Shown: positions 26,628-36,076 of the stretch, in pieces
How the letters are laid out: the number at the start of each line of letters is the position of its first letter
Position numbering within the stretch: the stretch's first letter is position 1
DNA from: an uncultured Candidatus Saccharibacteria bacterium
GTDB taxonomy: Bacteria; Patescibacteriota; Minisyncoccia; Sungbacterales; HO2-52-23
NCBI GenBank assembly: GCA_964585475.1
Contig: CAZPDF010000005.1
Location: forward strand, 3,323-67,322
Reading direction: 5' to 3'
Length of the DNA: 64,000 bases
Notes under the pieces: generated by a model
What the model was told of the DNA's origin: nothing
The model's input: the letters and a program-made list of their open reading frames with translations, nothing else
The model's database searches: none
Position numbers and translations under genes: made by a program

Positions 26628-27710
26628 GTGTTTTGATATATTCAATAATACTCCAATGCTGGCCAGAGTCATAACCAGCGAAGTCCCGCCGTAGCTGATA
26701 AAGGGCAGAGGAATGCCGGTTAAAGGAAGGAGTCCGGAAATAGCGGCCATATTTATGAATGCCTGAACCGTGATTTCCACCGAAAGACCGGCTGCCAAAA
26801 GTTTGCCGAAGGTATCGGGGGCGCGTTTGGCAATAAGAATTCCGCGCCAAAGAAGTAAGGCAAAAAGACAAATTAAAGCGACCGATCCGATAAATCCGAG
26901 CTCCTCCGTAAAAATAGCAAAAATAGAATCGCCGAGGGGCTCGGGCAAGTAACTATATTTTTGTATCCCTCGGCCAAACCCCATACCCCAAAATCCGCCG
27001 GAACCGATGGCGATGGAGGCCTGCGTAATATGATATCCGATGCCTTGGGGGTCAAGCGAGGGGTTTAAAAATACCAAAACCCTAGCGATACGGTACGGAG
27101 CCATCTGGATAAGAAAATATAGGGCGCTTAAGCCAAATACTCCCAAGGTAATAATTTGCGATATCCTTCCGCCCCCGAGAAAATAAAGTATTCCGGCGCT
27201 CGCGACAACTACGCCCAGCGTTCCAATGTCTGGCTGCATGATTAAAAACATTCCCACGATCGAGAGCATGGTAGCAAAAGGGAGTAGGCCGTAGGAGATG
27301 CTGGTTAAATCCTGCCGCCTGGCCGTAAGCCAGCTGGCGAGATACGCAATAAAAGAAAATTTCAGAATTTCCGACGGCTGAAAGGTAAAACCGCCTAGTT
27401 TAATCCAGCGCCGCGCTCCCCCGTAAGAGAAACTTAAATCCGGAATGAAAAGAAGGGCCAGGAGCAGGAAGGAAATAAGCATAAGCGGCACGGCCAATTT
27501 TCTCCATACTCTGTAAGGGATGCGGGAAAAAAGAAGAAGCACCGGAATTCCAATGAGGCCGCCGTAAAGAAGTTGTCGAAGAACGTAGTAGCCGATCGAA
27601 CCAAAGTTTTTTTGTGCAAGAGCGACCGAAGCAGAGGCAAGGATTAAAAACCCGGCGCCGAGTAGCGCCAAAGTAATATAAAAAAGAGGTTTATCCGCGG
27701 TATGCGGCAT
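26622..27710 (-). CDS. ftsW: peptidoglycan glycosyltransferase FtsW/RodA (SEDS family)
   Basis: Ten TM helices and SEDS conserved segments (GGARRWI, PSE, QPDIGT). Confidence 0.9.
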   Translation of the reverse strand: MPHTADKPLFYITLALLGAGFLILASASVALAQKNFGSIGYYVLRQLLYGGLIGIPVLLLFSRIPYRVWRKLAVPLMLISFLLLALLFIPDLSFSYGGARRWIKLGGFTFQPSEILKFSFIAYLASWLTARRQDLTSISYGLLPFATMLSIVGMFLIMQPDIGTLGVVVASAGILYFLGGGRISQIITLGVFGLSALYFLIQMAPYRIARVLVFLNPSLDPQGIGYHITQASIAIGSGGFWGMGFGRGIQKYSYLPEPLGDSIFAIFTEELGFIGSVALICLFALLLWRGILIAKRAPDTFGKLLAAGLSVEITVQAFINMAAISGLLPLTGIPLPFISYGGTSLVMTLASIGVLLNISKHT

Positions 27711-27722
27711 GTTTTTCCTTTG

Positions 27723-27885
27723 AGGTCATCTCTAAACTCCCCTTTCTACTACAACCGCCTAATTTCGGCTGCGGCTTCGTCCGTCCTCCTTGGCGTATAT
27801 TGCCCATATACGCCTTCGTCGTCCGTCCTCGCCTCGCTCGAAATTAGACAGTTTCGTTACGAAAAAGAGTTTGGAGATGACCTCC
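27723..27885. repeat. nested inverted-repeat element spanning ftsW-murD spacer and the last codons of murD
   Basis: Outer IR gaggtcatctc / gagatgacctc (27723-27733 and 27875-27885). Inner IR cctaatttcg / cgaaattag. Direct cttcgtccgtcct x2. Central ggcgtatat-tgccc-atatacgcc hairpin. Confidence 0.7.
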
Positions 27886-29221
27886 TTAAATTATGAACTG
27901 CCGAAACGAATTGTGCTCCGCGGTCAAACTCATTTAAAAAAAGTCCAAAACTTGCCGCCCCGGGAGACAGCAATACATAATCCCCTCTTTCGGCAAGCCC
28001 GTATGCTAGTCGAACGGCATCCTGCATTCTCGGCGCGGTATGAAGCGCCTGATCCCGCTTCCCCGATAGATATTTTTTTAGCTTATCTGTTGCGTTTCCC
28101 GGCAAAAATATTGTGATATCTACCTTTTCTTTGATAGTATCAGCCAGATCAGAAAAGTTAAGTTTTTTGTCCGATCCGCCGCAAATAAGAATTAATTTAT
28201 GCCCTTTTGAAATTTTTTCTCGGAAGCGTTTTAGAGCTGCCATTGTTGCTTCTGGAATGGTTGCGGTCGTATCATTGATAAAATGAACCCCATCCATAAT
28301 CGCTATTTGCTCTTCTCGGCCCTCCAGGCCCCTGAAGGAGCGCAATATTCTTTTCACGGTTGCCTCGGGCACGGAAAAGTGTTTGGCAACCGCCAAGGCG
28401 ATGGCCACGGATGCACGGTAGTGCGCCCCGAGTTTCTCATCCACCAGCGGTATAAATTTTTTTGGCAGGCGTGCCCAAATTATGCGTGAGCGGGCACTTT
28501 GCGCCATGGCTCGGACGGTTTTATCGCCCGGATTCGCAAAAAAGTAATCCCCCTTTTTCTGGTAAGAAAAGACTGTTTTCTTCGCACGCAGATATTCAGC
28601 AAGTGAACCATGCCAATTCAGGTGATCACGGAAAATATTCGTGAGGACGGCGATAGGCGGGCTCTTTCTTTCTTGCGCAAGGTCTTGCAGTTGGAAACTC
28701 GATAATTCAAGTACTGCCCAGTCACCCGCTTTCATCAGCGGAAGAAATTCAAGTACTGATTTGCGTATGTTTCCGCCGAGAAACACCCGTCGCCCTTTTT
28801 TAGCGCGTAGAAACCTCCAGATGAGGAAGGCAGTGGTTGATTTTCCTCGGGTGCCGGTTATTCCGATAATTTTCCCCGGGCATAAATTGAAAAAAATTCC
28901 AACGTCGCTCGTTATTGGAATTCTATGCGATCTTGCTAATTTTAAAAAGGGAGAGCTTGGCGGAACGCCTGGGTTTTTAATAATTAAGTCCTGCGATAAA
29001 AAATCTTTGCGGCGATGGCGGCCCAACACATAGTGAATGCGGCGGTAACGTGAAAGTTGTCGTATGGATTGGCGGAGAGATTTCGGGTTTCGTAGGTCGG
29101 TAACGGTAATTTCGGCCCCCAAGTTAGCTAAAAATTTAGCTGTGCCCGCTCCTCCGCCATGGAGTCCTAGCCCCATCACTAATATGCGCTTTCCGCGAAA
29201 ATCTATCGTACGCCGTTTCAT
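27857..29221 (-). CDS. murD: UDP-N-acetylmuramoylalanine--D-glutamate ligase
   Basis: ILVMGLGLHGGG and GITGTRGKSTT P-loop with Mur ligase domains. Confidence 0.9.
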   Translation of the reverse strand: MKRRTIDFRGKRILVMGLGLHGGGAGTAKFLANLGAEITVTDLRNPKSLRQSIRQLSRYRRIHYVLGRHRRKDFLSQDLIIKNPGVPPSSPFLKLARSHRIPITSDVGIFFNLCPGKIIGITGTRGKSTTAFLIWRFLRAKKGRRVFLGGNIRKSVLEFLPLMKAGDWAVLELSSFQLQDLAQERKSPPIAVLTNIFRDHLNWHGSLAEYLRAKKTVFSYQKKGDYFFANPGDKTVRAMAQSARSRIIWARLPKKFIPLVDEKLGAHYRASVAIALAVAKHFSVPEATVKRILRSFRGLEGREEQIAIMDGVHFINDTTATIPEATMAALKRFREKISKGHKLILICGGSDKKLNFSDLADTIKEKVDITIFLPGNATDKLKKYLSGKRDQALHTAPRMQDAVRLAYGLAERGDYVLLSPGAASFGLFLNEFDRGAQFVSAVHNLRRSSPNSFS

Positions 29222-30792
29222 GTGCGTTTAATGACATGGCCAGCACGTATTCCGGTGTACCTTCCGTTCTCAACTGCCACTTTGCCGTTAACCAGTACCC
29301 ACTCAATCCCTGAAGGATAGCGAAAGGGGTTTTTATATGTTGCCCGGTCCCGGATGAGCCGCGGATCAAATACAGCGATGTCGGCAAAATTGCCTTTCTT
29401 AAGAACGCCCCGCCCTTTAATGCCGATTCTTTCTGCCGGCCGTGAGGCGATTTTTTGTATCGCTTCTTCCGCCGAAAGAACCTTCAAGTCGTTTACAAAA
29501 TGGTGCCAAAAATGAGAAAATGCGCCGAAGGAACGCGGATGCACGAGATTACCGGATTTTTGCTCTTCCTGCGAATATCCAGCGCCATCAGACGCGACGA
29601 TCGAGTTGGGGTATGCTACGGCGAGGGCTGTATTTTTTGTTGAAAGGGTTTTGCCGACAATTTTTACGCGGCCTTCATTCGCGCGGATGGTATCAAGGAT
29701 GGCTTCGGCAGGCCGAAGGCCTGAATGTTCGGCAATTTCTGCGAGTGTTTTGCCGACTATGGAATTCATTTTTGCCGAGACAATAAGAATTTTATCATAA
29801 TGGAGGGTGGATGCCTCGATGGCTTCAATTATCCTTTCTCGCTCGTCAGGTTTCCTGATTTTTTGAAATAGTTCCCGGAAACCGTTTTCCCGCGCCCAAG
29901 ACGGTACTAGAAGGTACAAAAGTGAGCCCGTGGTGCTATACGGAGACACGTCAAAGGTAATATCCGCTCCGGAGGTACTGGCGTTTTGTATCATCTCAAG
30001 GGCTTTCGGGAGAGCCGGCCACGTCTTTCTACCTATGGCTTTCAAGTGGCTGATTTCTACCGGAATTGCGGCCTCGCGCGAAATTCTAATAACCTCATTG
30101 ATGCTTGCAATTAGTTCTCTCCCCTCGGAGCGGAGATGGATTTTTAAGAGTCCCCCCTGTTCTTTAAGAGGCGCGCATAAATCAAGTAGTTCTTCCGTGG
30201 CGGCAACCCGCTCGTGGCCGTAGGCAAGACCGAGCGAGAATCCAAATGCTCCTTCTTTCAACCCCTCGCTAAGAAGAAGTTTTACCCGCGCTCTCTCATC
30301 TATATTCAGGGATCGTGATTCCCCTCCAATGACTCCGCGCCGTAGCGTTCCGTGTCCCACCAATGTTCCAAAGTTAATCCCGAGCCGCAGTTTTGCAACC
30401 TCATCCAGAAATTCGCCAACCCGAGTCCAATTTACATTAATCTCTGATGGATTGGCCCATTTGCGCACCGCCTCAAGCGCATGGCTACTGCCGAGAGGCG
30501 CCAAAGATGCTCCGCAATTTCCTCCGATTATCGTTGTCACCCCCTGCATAAGAAGCGACTCCTGTGCCGGATATTTAAATAGCGTAAGATGGGTATCCGA
30601 ATGGTTGGTAATATCAATGAAACCGGGGGTCACGTATTTTCCGGCAGCATCCACGATTATTTTTGCTTGAGGAGGATCAAGCGAGCCGATGGCAGCGATT
30701 TCTTTGCCGTTTATGCCAACATCAACCGTCCGCATCTTGGTTTTGGTGCCGTCGAGCACCGCCCCGCCTTTGATGATAATGTCGTAAGCCAT
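29218..30792 (-). CDS. amidohydrolase family protein (N-acyl-D-amino-acid deacylase / D-aminoacylase-like)
   Basis: MAYDIIIKGGAVLDG...GFIDITNHSD metal-dependent hydrolase N-terminus and a composite domain. It sits inside the dcw cluster. Confidence 0.75.
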   Translation of the reverse strand: MAYDIIIKGGAVLDGTKTKMRTVDVGINGKEIAAIGSLDPPQAKIIVDAAGKYVTPGFIDITNHSDTHLTLFKYPAQESLLMQGVTTIIGGNCGASLAPLGSSHALEAVRKWANPSEINVNWTRVGEFLDEVAKLRLGINFGTLVGHGTLRRGVIGGESRSLNIDERARVKLLLSEGLKEGAFGFSLGLAYGHERVAATEELLDLCAPLKEQGGLLKIHLRSEGRELIASINEVIRISREAAIPVEISHLKAIGRKTWPALPKALEMIQNASTSGADITFDVSPYSTTGSLLYLLVPSWARENGFRELFQKIRKPDERERIIEAIEASTLHYDKILIVSAKMNSIVGKTLAEIAEHSGLRPAEAILDTIRANEGRVKIVGKTLSTKNTALAVAYPNSIVASDGAGYSQEEQKSGNLVHPRSFGAFSHFWHHFVNDLKVLSAEEAIQKIASRPAERIGIKGRGVLKKGNFADIAVFDPRLIRDRATYKNPFRYPSGIEWVLVNGKVAVENGRYTGIRAGHVIKRT

Positions 30793-30883
30793 ATCTTATA
30801 TTATATCAGTTAATGACGTTTTTCTGCAAAGAAACCTCGGTTTCTGGCCGAGGAAGGATATTTAGCTGTTCTGGTCGGAGCGA

Positions 30884-32065
30884 TTAGCGCCCTATCAACG
30901 CAATGGCCATACCTATAATTGCGGCCACTACGCTAATCACCCAAAATCTCATCGTGACTTTATACGGAGGCCATCCCAGGGCCTCAAAATGATGATGGAG
31001 GGGCGCTATAAGAAACACCTTTTTTCCGCGAAAACGCTTGGATGCGAATTGGATGATGTCAGACACAACTTCAGCCATCAGTATAAGGCCAATAATGGGC
31101 AGAACCACGACCGAATCGGTAAGAAAGGCAACTACAGTGAGAGAGGTGGTAAGTCCGAGGATGCCCGATTCCCCCATATAGAAGCGGGCCGGAGGGATAT
31201 TGAACCAAAGAAAGGCAAGAATGGCTCCGAGAATGACGGCGGCAAATGCGGCCACATCAATCTGTCCTCTGAAAAATGCTATACCCGCATAGGCCGCAAA
31301 AGCGGAGGCAAAAACCCCGCCTGCCAAACCGTCAATGCCATCCACGATGCTGGAAGAAAAAAGCAGGATCATGGTGAATATAAAAAGCGGTATGTACCAA
31401 AGGCCTAGATAAAGATCTCCGAAGCCGGGGATATAAATGGCCCGCCAATCAAGCTTGAAATAAAACCACCAGGCGCCGGCAGCGGCAATGAGAAATACGA
31501 CCAAAAGCCGGTGGCGGAATTTTACCCCCCCACCTTCCTGGATGCCTTGCCTCCATGGCTTAAGAACGGCTAGGAGCTTGCGAGTAAAAGAAATTTTGGG
31601 TGTGACTTCGTTTGAAAAGGTGGGGGGGTTTATTCCCCCGGCAACATATCCGCCGCGTCCGTACACTTGCAAGAGATCGTCAACTAATCCTAAAACGGAA
31701 GCGGCGAGAAGTATAAATAACGGAAGCCATGTCTGATTTCTTGAAAGAAAATTTGCTTTATCCCAAAATGAACTATCGGTGGCGTAGGCCACAAGCCAGA
31801 TAATAAGCGCCAAGGCAATGGTGGTTGCCCAGATGAGCACCCCGCCCAGACGCGGCACGCTAACCTCGCGATCTTTATGCAGGGCCGCAAACAAAGGGGT
31901 TTGAGATCCGTCCGGAGACAGCGTACGCACTTCTTTCCGCCAGAGCTTATGGGTATAGAGAAATTTGGTAAGAAGCGGCGTCCAAAGAATGGCCAAGACG
32001 AAAGATACGGCGGAGAGGCCGAATACTTTGATGACGCTTACAATGTTGTTAACTTGGGACTCCAT
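30884..32065 (-). CDS. mraY: phospho-N-acetylmuramoyl-pentapeptide-transferase
   Basis: Polytopic with a DGIDGLAGG motif. The N-terminal region has the typical cytoplasmic loop. Confidence 0.9.
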   Translation of the reverse strand: MESQVNNIVSVIKVFGLSAVSFVLAILWTPLLTKFLYTHKLWRKEVRTLSPDGSQTPLFAALHKDREVSVPRLGGVLIWATTIALALIIWLVAYATDSSFWDKANFLSRNQTWLPLFILLAASVLGLVDDLLQVYGRGGYVAGGINPPTFSNEVTPKISFTRKLLAVLKPWRQGIQEGGGVKFRHRLLVVFLIAAAGAWWFYFKLDWRAIYIPGFGDLYLGLWYIPLFIFTMILLFSSSIVDGIDGLAGGVFASAFAAYAGIAFFRGQIDVAAFAAVILGAILAFLWFNIPPARFYMGESGILGLTTSLTVVAFLTDSVVVLPIIGLILMAEVVSDIIQFASKRFRGKKVFLIAPLHHHFEALGWPPYKVTMRFWVISVVAAIIGMAIALIGR

Positions 32066-32067
32066 AT

Positions 32068-32220
32068 CTTTACGAAATACGAATTAGTACGAATTTACGA
32101 ATTCTCCGGAACCGACATACGAATAGATTAACACGGTTCCGGTTACGAATAGTTCGTACCCGAACGCCCAGATGCGTATACGGCGTTAGGTACATCCGTA
32201 AAAATTCGTATTTCGTAAAG
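32068..32220. repeat. MITE-like element with TIRs ctttacgaaatacgaatt / aattcgtatttcgtaaag (copy 2)
   Basis: Perfect 18-bp TIRs. The internal ccggaaccg...cggttccgg IR exactly fills the mraY-dacA spacer. It shares termini with the 11827-11906 copy. Confidence 0.8.
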
Positions 32221-33189
32221 CTAAAAACTTTCTTCGAGCCACTGAATCAGTTTTCTTCCGTCTTCGAATCTATCCTCCGATCCAAGAATGATGATGGCGG
32301 CGGCCCCGCGCGGCCTGACAGGATAGATAAGAAGCAGTGCCCCTTTCGCTTCATCGGTGAAGCCGGTTTTTCCTCCAAGGATGGCCGGAAACTCTTTCAG
32401 AAGGATATTGGTATTGAACAGAGAATATTCGCGTCCGGATACGGAATAGATTTTTGTTTCTATATTTCGTGAAATTTCCCAGATTTGGCGGTGATTATAC
32501 CACGCGTATTCCGCGAGGTCTGCCAAGTTCTCCACTGTGCTAAGGTGACTCTCTTCGTCCAAGCCGGTCGGATTCCGGAAGGAGGAATTTCTCATTCCAA
32601 GCACACGAGCGCGGTTATTCATCAGATCGACAAAGGTTTTAATCCGATCTTCAAACGTGCCGCCGCCCTTATTTTCGCCCGCGGCTTCAGCCAAGGCCAG
32701 GGCGGCGTCGTTAGCGGAATTGATCAAAGCAAGGCGTATGGCATCATCACGGAAAAAAATTTCTCCGGCCGGTGCCGCGCTCAATTTCGGCTCGGCACGA
32801 AGTTTCGAGTCATTTGAGAGACGGATTTTATCGGTCGCCTCCAATTCCTCTCGCGCAACAGCGGCAGTCAAAATTTTGGTCAAACTTGCCGGGGCAAGAC
32901 GTTTTTCCGGACGCCGTGACAGAAGCGGGCGAATATCTCCGAAGAGACGGACCAAATACGCTTCTGCATCTATATTCGGCTCCGGGATATTTTTTTTCAC
33001 CGTTGGAGTTTCTTCCGCCGTTGCGACGGCTGTGTGACGCGATTCTCTAGGCAGGTTTTCGTCTCTTGAGTAGTAGTTGAAACCTCCGTGGAGTGCGGAG
33101 AGAAGAACAGGCACGCTTATAAGAAGCCCCAGAGTTTCGATTATAATCCGGCGTTTTTCAAATGGATCGCGAGGCACCAAAAAAACCAT
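32221..33189 (-). CDS. D-alanyl-D-alanine carboxypeptidase (S11 family serine peptidase)
   Basis: SxxK (ASLTK), SxN (SAND) and KTG (KTGFT) motifs with an N-terminal TM. Confidence 0.8.
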   Translation of the reverse strand: MVFLVPRDPFEKRRIIIETLGLLISVPVLLSALHGGFNYYSRDENLPRESRHTAVATAEETPTVKKNIPEPNIDAEAYLVRLFGDIRPLLSRRPEKRLAPASLTKILTAAVAREELEATDKIRLSNDSKLRAEPKLSAAPAGEIFFRDDAIRLALINSANDAALALAEAAGENKGGGTFEDRIKTFVDLMNNRARVLGMRNSSFRNPTGLDEESHLSTVENLADLAEYAWYNHRQIWEISRNIETKIYSVSGREYSLFNTNILLKEFPAILGGKTGFTDEAKGALLLIYPVRPRGAAAIIILGSEDRFEDGRKLIQWLEESF

Positions 33190-33255
33190 GATTAGGCGTT
33201 CTCCTTATCTTTACCCGGTAGTAGTCGTCGACAACATTCGTCTTTTGTCGAGCAC

Positions 33256-33822
33256 TCAACGTATTGAGTGCTCGACAGTCGAAGAGTTACTACCGGGCTT
33301 AGTTTCAAATATTTCCATCTTTTCTTTTTCAAATTCGGTAAAATGCGGCAGTTCTTGAATGCGAGTAACCCCGAGATACTTCAAAAATTCGGCACCTACG
33401 CTATAAAGATACGACCGGGCGTCTTTGGGGTTATCTATCCGTTCCACCAGCCCCCGCATTAAAAGATTTCGAAGGGTAAAGGATGAATTAACGCCCCGGA
33501 TGTATTCAACCTCGGCTCGGGTCAGCGGCCCCTTATAAGCGATAATGCTCAAGGTCTCCAAAGCCGCTCGGGAAAGTTCTTCCGTAAACTCGTTTTTTAC
33601 GAGATCCTCCACATAGCGGGAATTTTCCGGACTTGAACCGAGCTGCCATTTGTCTTCATGGCGGATTAGCGTAAAACCGCGATTGGCATAGTCCCCGGCA
33701 AGTTCTTCAAGGGCGGAGACCACCTCTTCTTTTTTTGCTTTGGTGATTTTGGCAAGCTTTTCCAAAGCCAGCGCCTCCCCGTGGACGAAAAGAATTGTTT
33801 CGAGTATGGATTTAAGGGCCAT
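33256..33822 (-). CDS. scpB: segregation and condensation protein B
   Basis: ILETILFVHGEAL winged-helix signature in 188 aa, adjacent to scpA. Confidence 0.85.
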   Translation of the reverse strand: MALKSILETILFVHGEALALEKLAKITKAKKEEVVSALEELAGDYANRGFTLIRHEDKWQLGSSPENSRYVEDLVKNEFTEELSRAALETLSIIAYKGPLTRAEVEYIRGVNSSFTLRNLLMRGLVERIDNPKDARSYLYSVGAEFLKYLGVTRIQELPHFTEFEKEKMEIFETKPGSNSSTVEHSIR

Positions 33823-33859
33823 TTCAGTTTACTAAAGTCATTCGTATGCCACCTGTGCG

Positions 33860-34561
33860 TTAAAGACGCTTAATTCTGATATCAGCAAAGATTTTGTCCT
33901 GTTTTAGTTCGACAAACCTCTGTTTGGCAAGTTCGAGTATGGCGAGAAAACTTACAATAACTTCCACCTTTTCTTTGGTTCCCAGAACTAGGTCCGAGAA
34001 AGCCCGTTCGATGGTATCTTGCAGGAAAGAGCGGATATGCATAATTTTTTCCTCAAGCGAAATTATCTTTTTAATTTTTTCCTCGGCGAGCCGTTCAATT
34101 TTGGGTAGTGAGGCGAGAAAAGAGCGGAAAATCTGGGCAAGTACACTCGAATTTAATTTTGGCGGAGGATAGAAGACGGGCTCCATTCCGAAGTACGCCT
34201 CGCGGGTGAGAATATAACGTTTTTTCGACTCCACCTCCCGCAATTCTTTCATGAGCTCGCGGATTTGTTGAAGTTTCTTAAGACGCATTTCCAGCTCATC
34301 AATAGAGACCTCTTCCTCCTCCGATAATTTGAGATTAGGAAGGAGAGTTTTGGATTTGATAAGGAGAAGTTCGGCTGCGATTACCAAAAACTCAGCAAGT
34401 TCCTCCGGATCAATCTTGCCTAAGGTTTTGAGATGCTTAATGTAGCCATCCGTTACCTTAGCCAGCGATATTTCAGAAATAGAGAGTTTCTCCTTGTCTA
34501 TGAGGTCAAGCAACAATTCAAGCGGCCCTTCGAATTTATCCTGTTTTACCACATAGGCCAT
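33860..34561 (-). CDS. scpA: segregation and condensation protein A
   Basis: FEGPLELLLDLIDKEKL signature. Confidence 0.85.
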   Translation of the reverse strand: MAYVVKQDKFEGPLELLLDLIDKEKLSISEISLAKVTDGYIKHLKTLGKIDPEELAEFLVIAAELLLIKSKTLLPNLKLSEEEEVSIDELEMRLKKLQQIRELMKELREVESKKRYILTREAYFGMEPVFYPPPKLNSSVLAQIFRSFLASLPKIERLAEEKIKKIISLEEKIMHIRSFLQDTIERAFSDLVLGTKEKVEVIVSFLAILELAKQRFVELKQDKIFADIRIKRL

Positions 34562-34591
34562 AGTGTTACTCTAAACGAGATTTTGTTCGCG

Positions 34592-35986
34592 TTATTTCCT
34601 TTTGGTTTTAATTTCAAGGCCGAGCTCCTTAAGCTGGCTCGCATCAATTTCGGATGGAGCATCCATCATAAGATCCCGGGCATCCCCTGTTTTTGGAAAA
34701 GCGATGACTTCGCGAATATTTGGTTCACCCGCGAGCACCATAATTAACCGGTCGATCCCTGGGGCAATTCCTCCGTGCGGAGGAACGCCATATTCAAACG
34801 CCTCTAACATATGCCCGAATTTTTTCCTGATATTTTCTTTGACATTACCCATGATTTCAAAGACCGTCTCGAGCATCTTGGGATCATGGATTCTTATAGA
34901 TCCGCCGCCTATCTCATATCCGTTTAGAACAAAGTCATATTGCTCGGCTAATTGTCCCTCTGGGTTCCGCCGTAATTCCTCCGGATCTTTGGTTTTTGGT
35001 GCGGTAAATGGATGGTGCACCGCGTCCCATCTCTTTTCTTCTTTTTTCCACTCAAAAACCGGAAAGTCAACTACGAAAAGAAAAGCGAGCTCATTAGGGT
35101 CGTTTTTATTCTTTCTTAAATCCGGCTTATCGGTTCCGTATTTTTCCATGACTTCCCCGTAGGATGGGCGCGGGAACGGTATGGAGGTGATATGTTTTTC
35201 GGGACAGACCCTTTTTACAATATTTATGTAAAGATCCTCGGTGAGATTTAGTATCTCTTCTTGGGTGGTGAAACTCATCTCCAAGTCGAGTTGCGTAAAC
35301 TCCGGCTGTCGGTCCCCCCTCGTATCTTCGTCACGGAAACAACGCGGGATCTGAAAATAACGCTCGATACCAGCCACCATAAGAAGCTGCTTGTATTGCT
35401 GCGGGGATTGCGGCAAGGCGTAAAACTTTCCCGGATAGAGACGCGAAGGCACCACATAATCACGTGCACCCTCGGGAGTGGATTTCGTGATAATCGGAGT
35501 CTCAACTTCAATAAAGTCATTTTCGTGAAGGTATTGACGTATAAAAGAAACTACTTTATCTCGCAAAATCAGATTTTTTTTCAACCGGTCGCGGCGAAGA
35601 TCCAAATAACGGTACTTTAAGCGATTCTCCTCCCCTATCTCATAGCCTTCAGTGTCCAGAGCAAAAGGAGGAGTTTTTGACTCATTTAAAATTGTGAGTT
35701 TTTTTGCCTCTATCTCAATCGTTCCGGTTGGAAGGTCGGGATTTTCCATATTCTCGGGTCGTTCTTTTACCGTCCCCTCCACGGAGACAACCCATTCCGG
35801 ACGCAGGCGACTTGCCTCCTCAAGTAGAGAGGCATTTTTGGGATTAAAAACTACTTGCACTATCCCCCATCGATCACGAAGATCAATGAAGATAAGCTTT
35901 CCATGATCGCGTCTCGTTTGCACCCAACCCATAAGGGTAACTAATTCACCCATTTTATTTACCGTATCCTTAGTCAGTGTTCGCAT
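34592..35986 (-). CDS. aspS: aspartyl-tRNA synthetase (archaeal/eukaryal-type, probably non-discriminating)
   Basis: OB-fold N-terminus, QSPQQYKQLLM, class II motif 2 FRDEDTRGDRQPEFTQLD, and motif 3 GGGSIRIHD. The 464-aa length fits the short form. Confidence 0.9.
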   Translation of the reverse strand: MRTLTKDTVNKMGELVTLMGWVQTRRDHGKLIFIDLRDRWGIVQVVFNPKNASLLEEASRLRPEWVVSVEGTVKERPENMENPDLPTGTIEIEAKKLTILNESKTPPFALDTEGYEIGEENRLKYRYLDLRRDRLKKNLILRDKVVSFIRQYLHENDFIEVETPIITKSTPEGARDYVVPSRLYPGKFYALPQSPQQYKQLLMVAGIERYFQIPRCFRDEDTRGDRQPEFTQLDLEMSFTTQEEILNLTEDLYINIVKRVCPEKHITSIPFPRPSYGEVMEKYGTDKPDLRKNKNDPNELAFLFVVDFPVFEWKKEEKRWDAVHHPFTAPKTKDPEELRRNPEGQLAEQYDFVLNGYEIGGGSIRIHDPKMLETVFEIMGNVKENIRKKFGHMLEAFEYGVPPHGGIAPGIDRLIMVLAGEPNIREVIAFPKTGDARDLMMDAPSEIDASQLKELGLEIKTKRK

Positions 35987-36076
35987 GGGAGGTAATATAA
36001 CATAAGTTCTCTAAATTTTCAATTAAAAATTAGAGAATTAGGGCTTGATTGGAAATTGAAAAGTGATAATTGGAAA

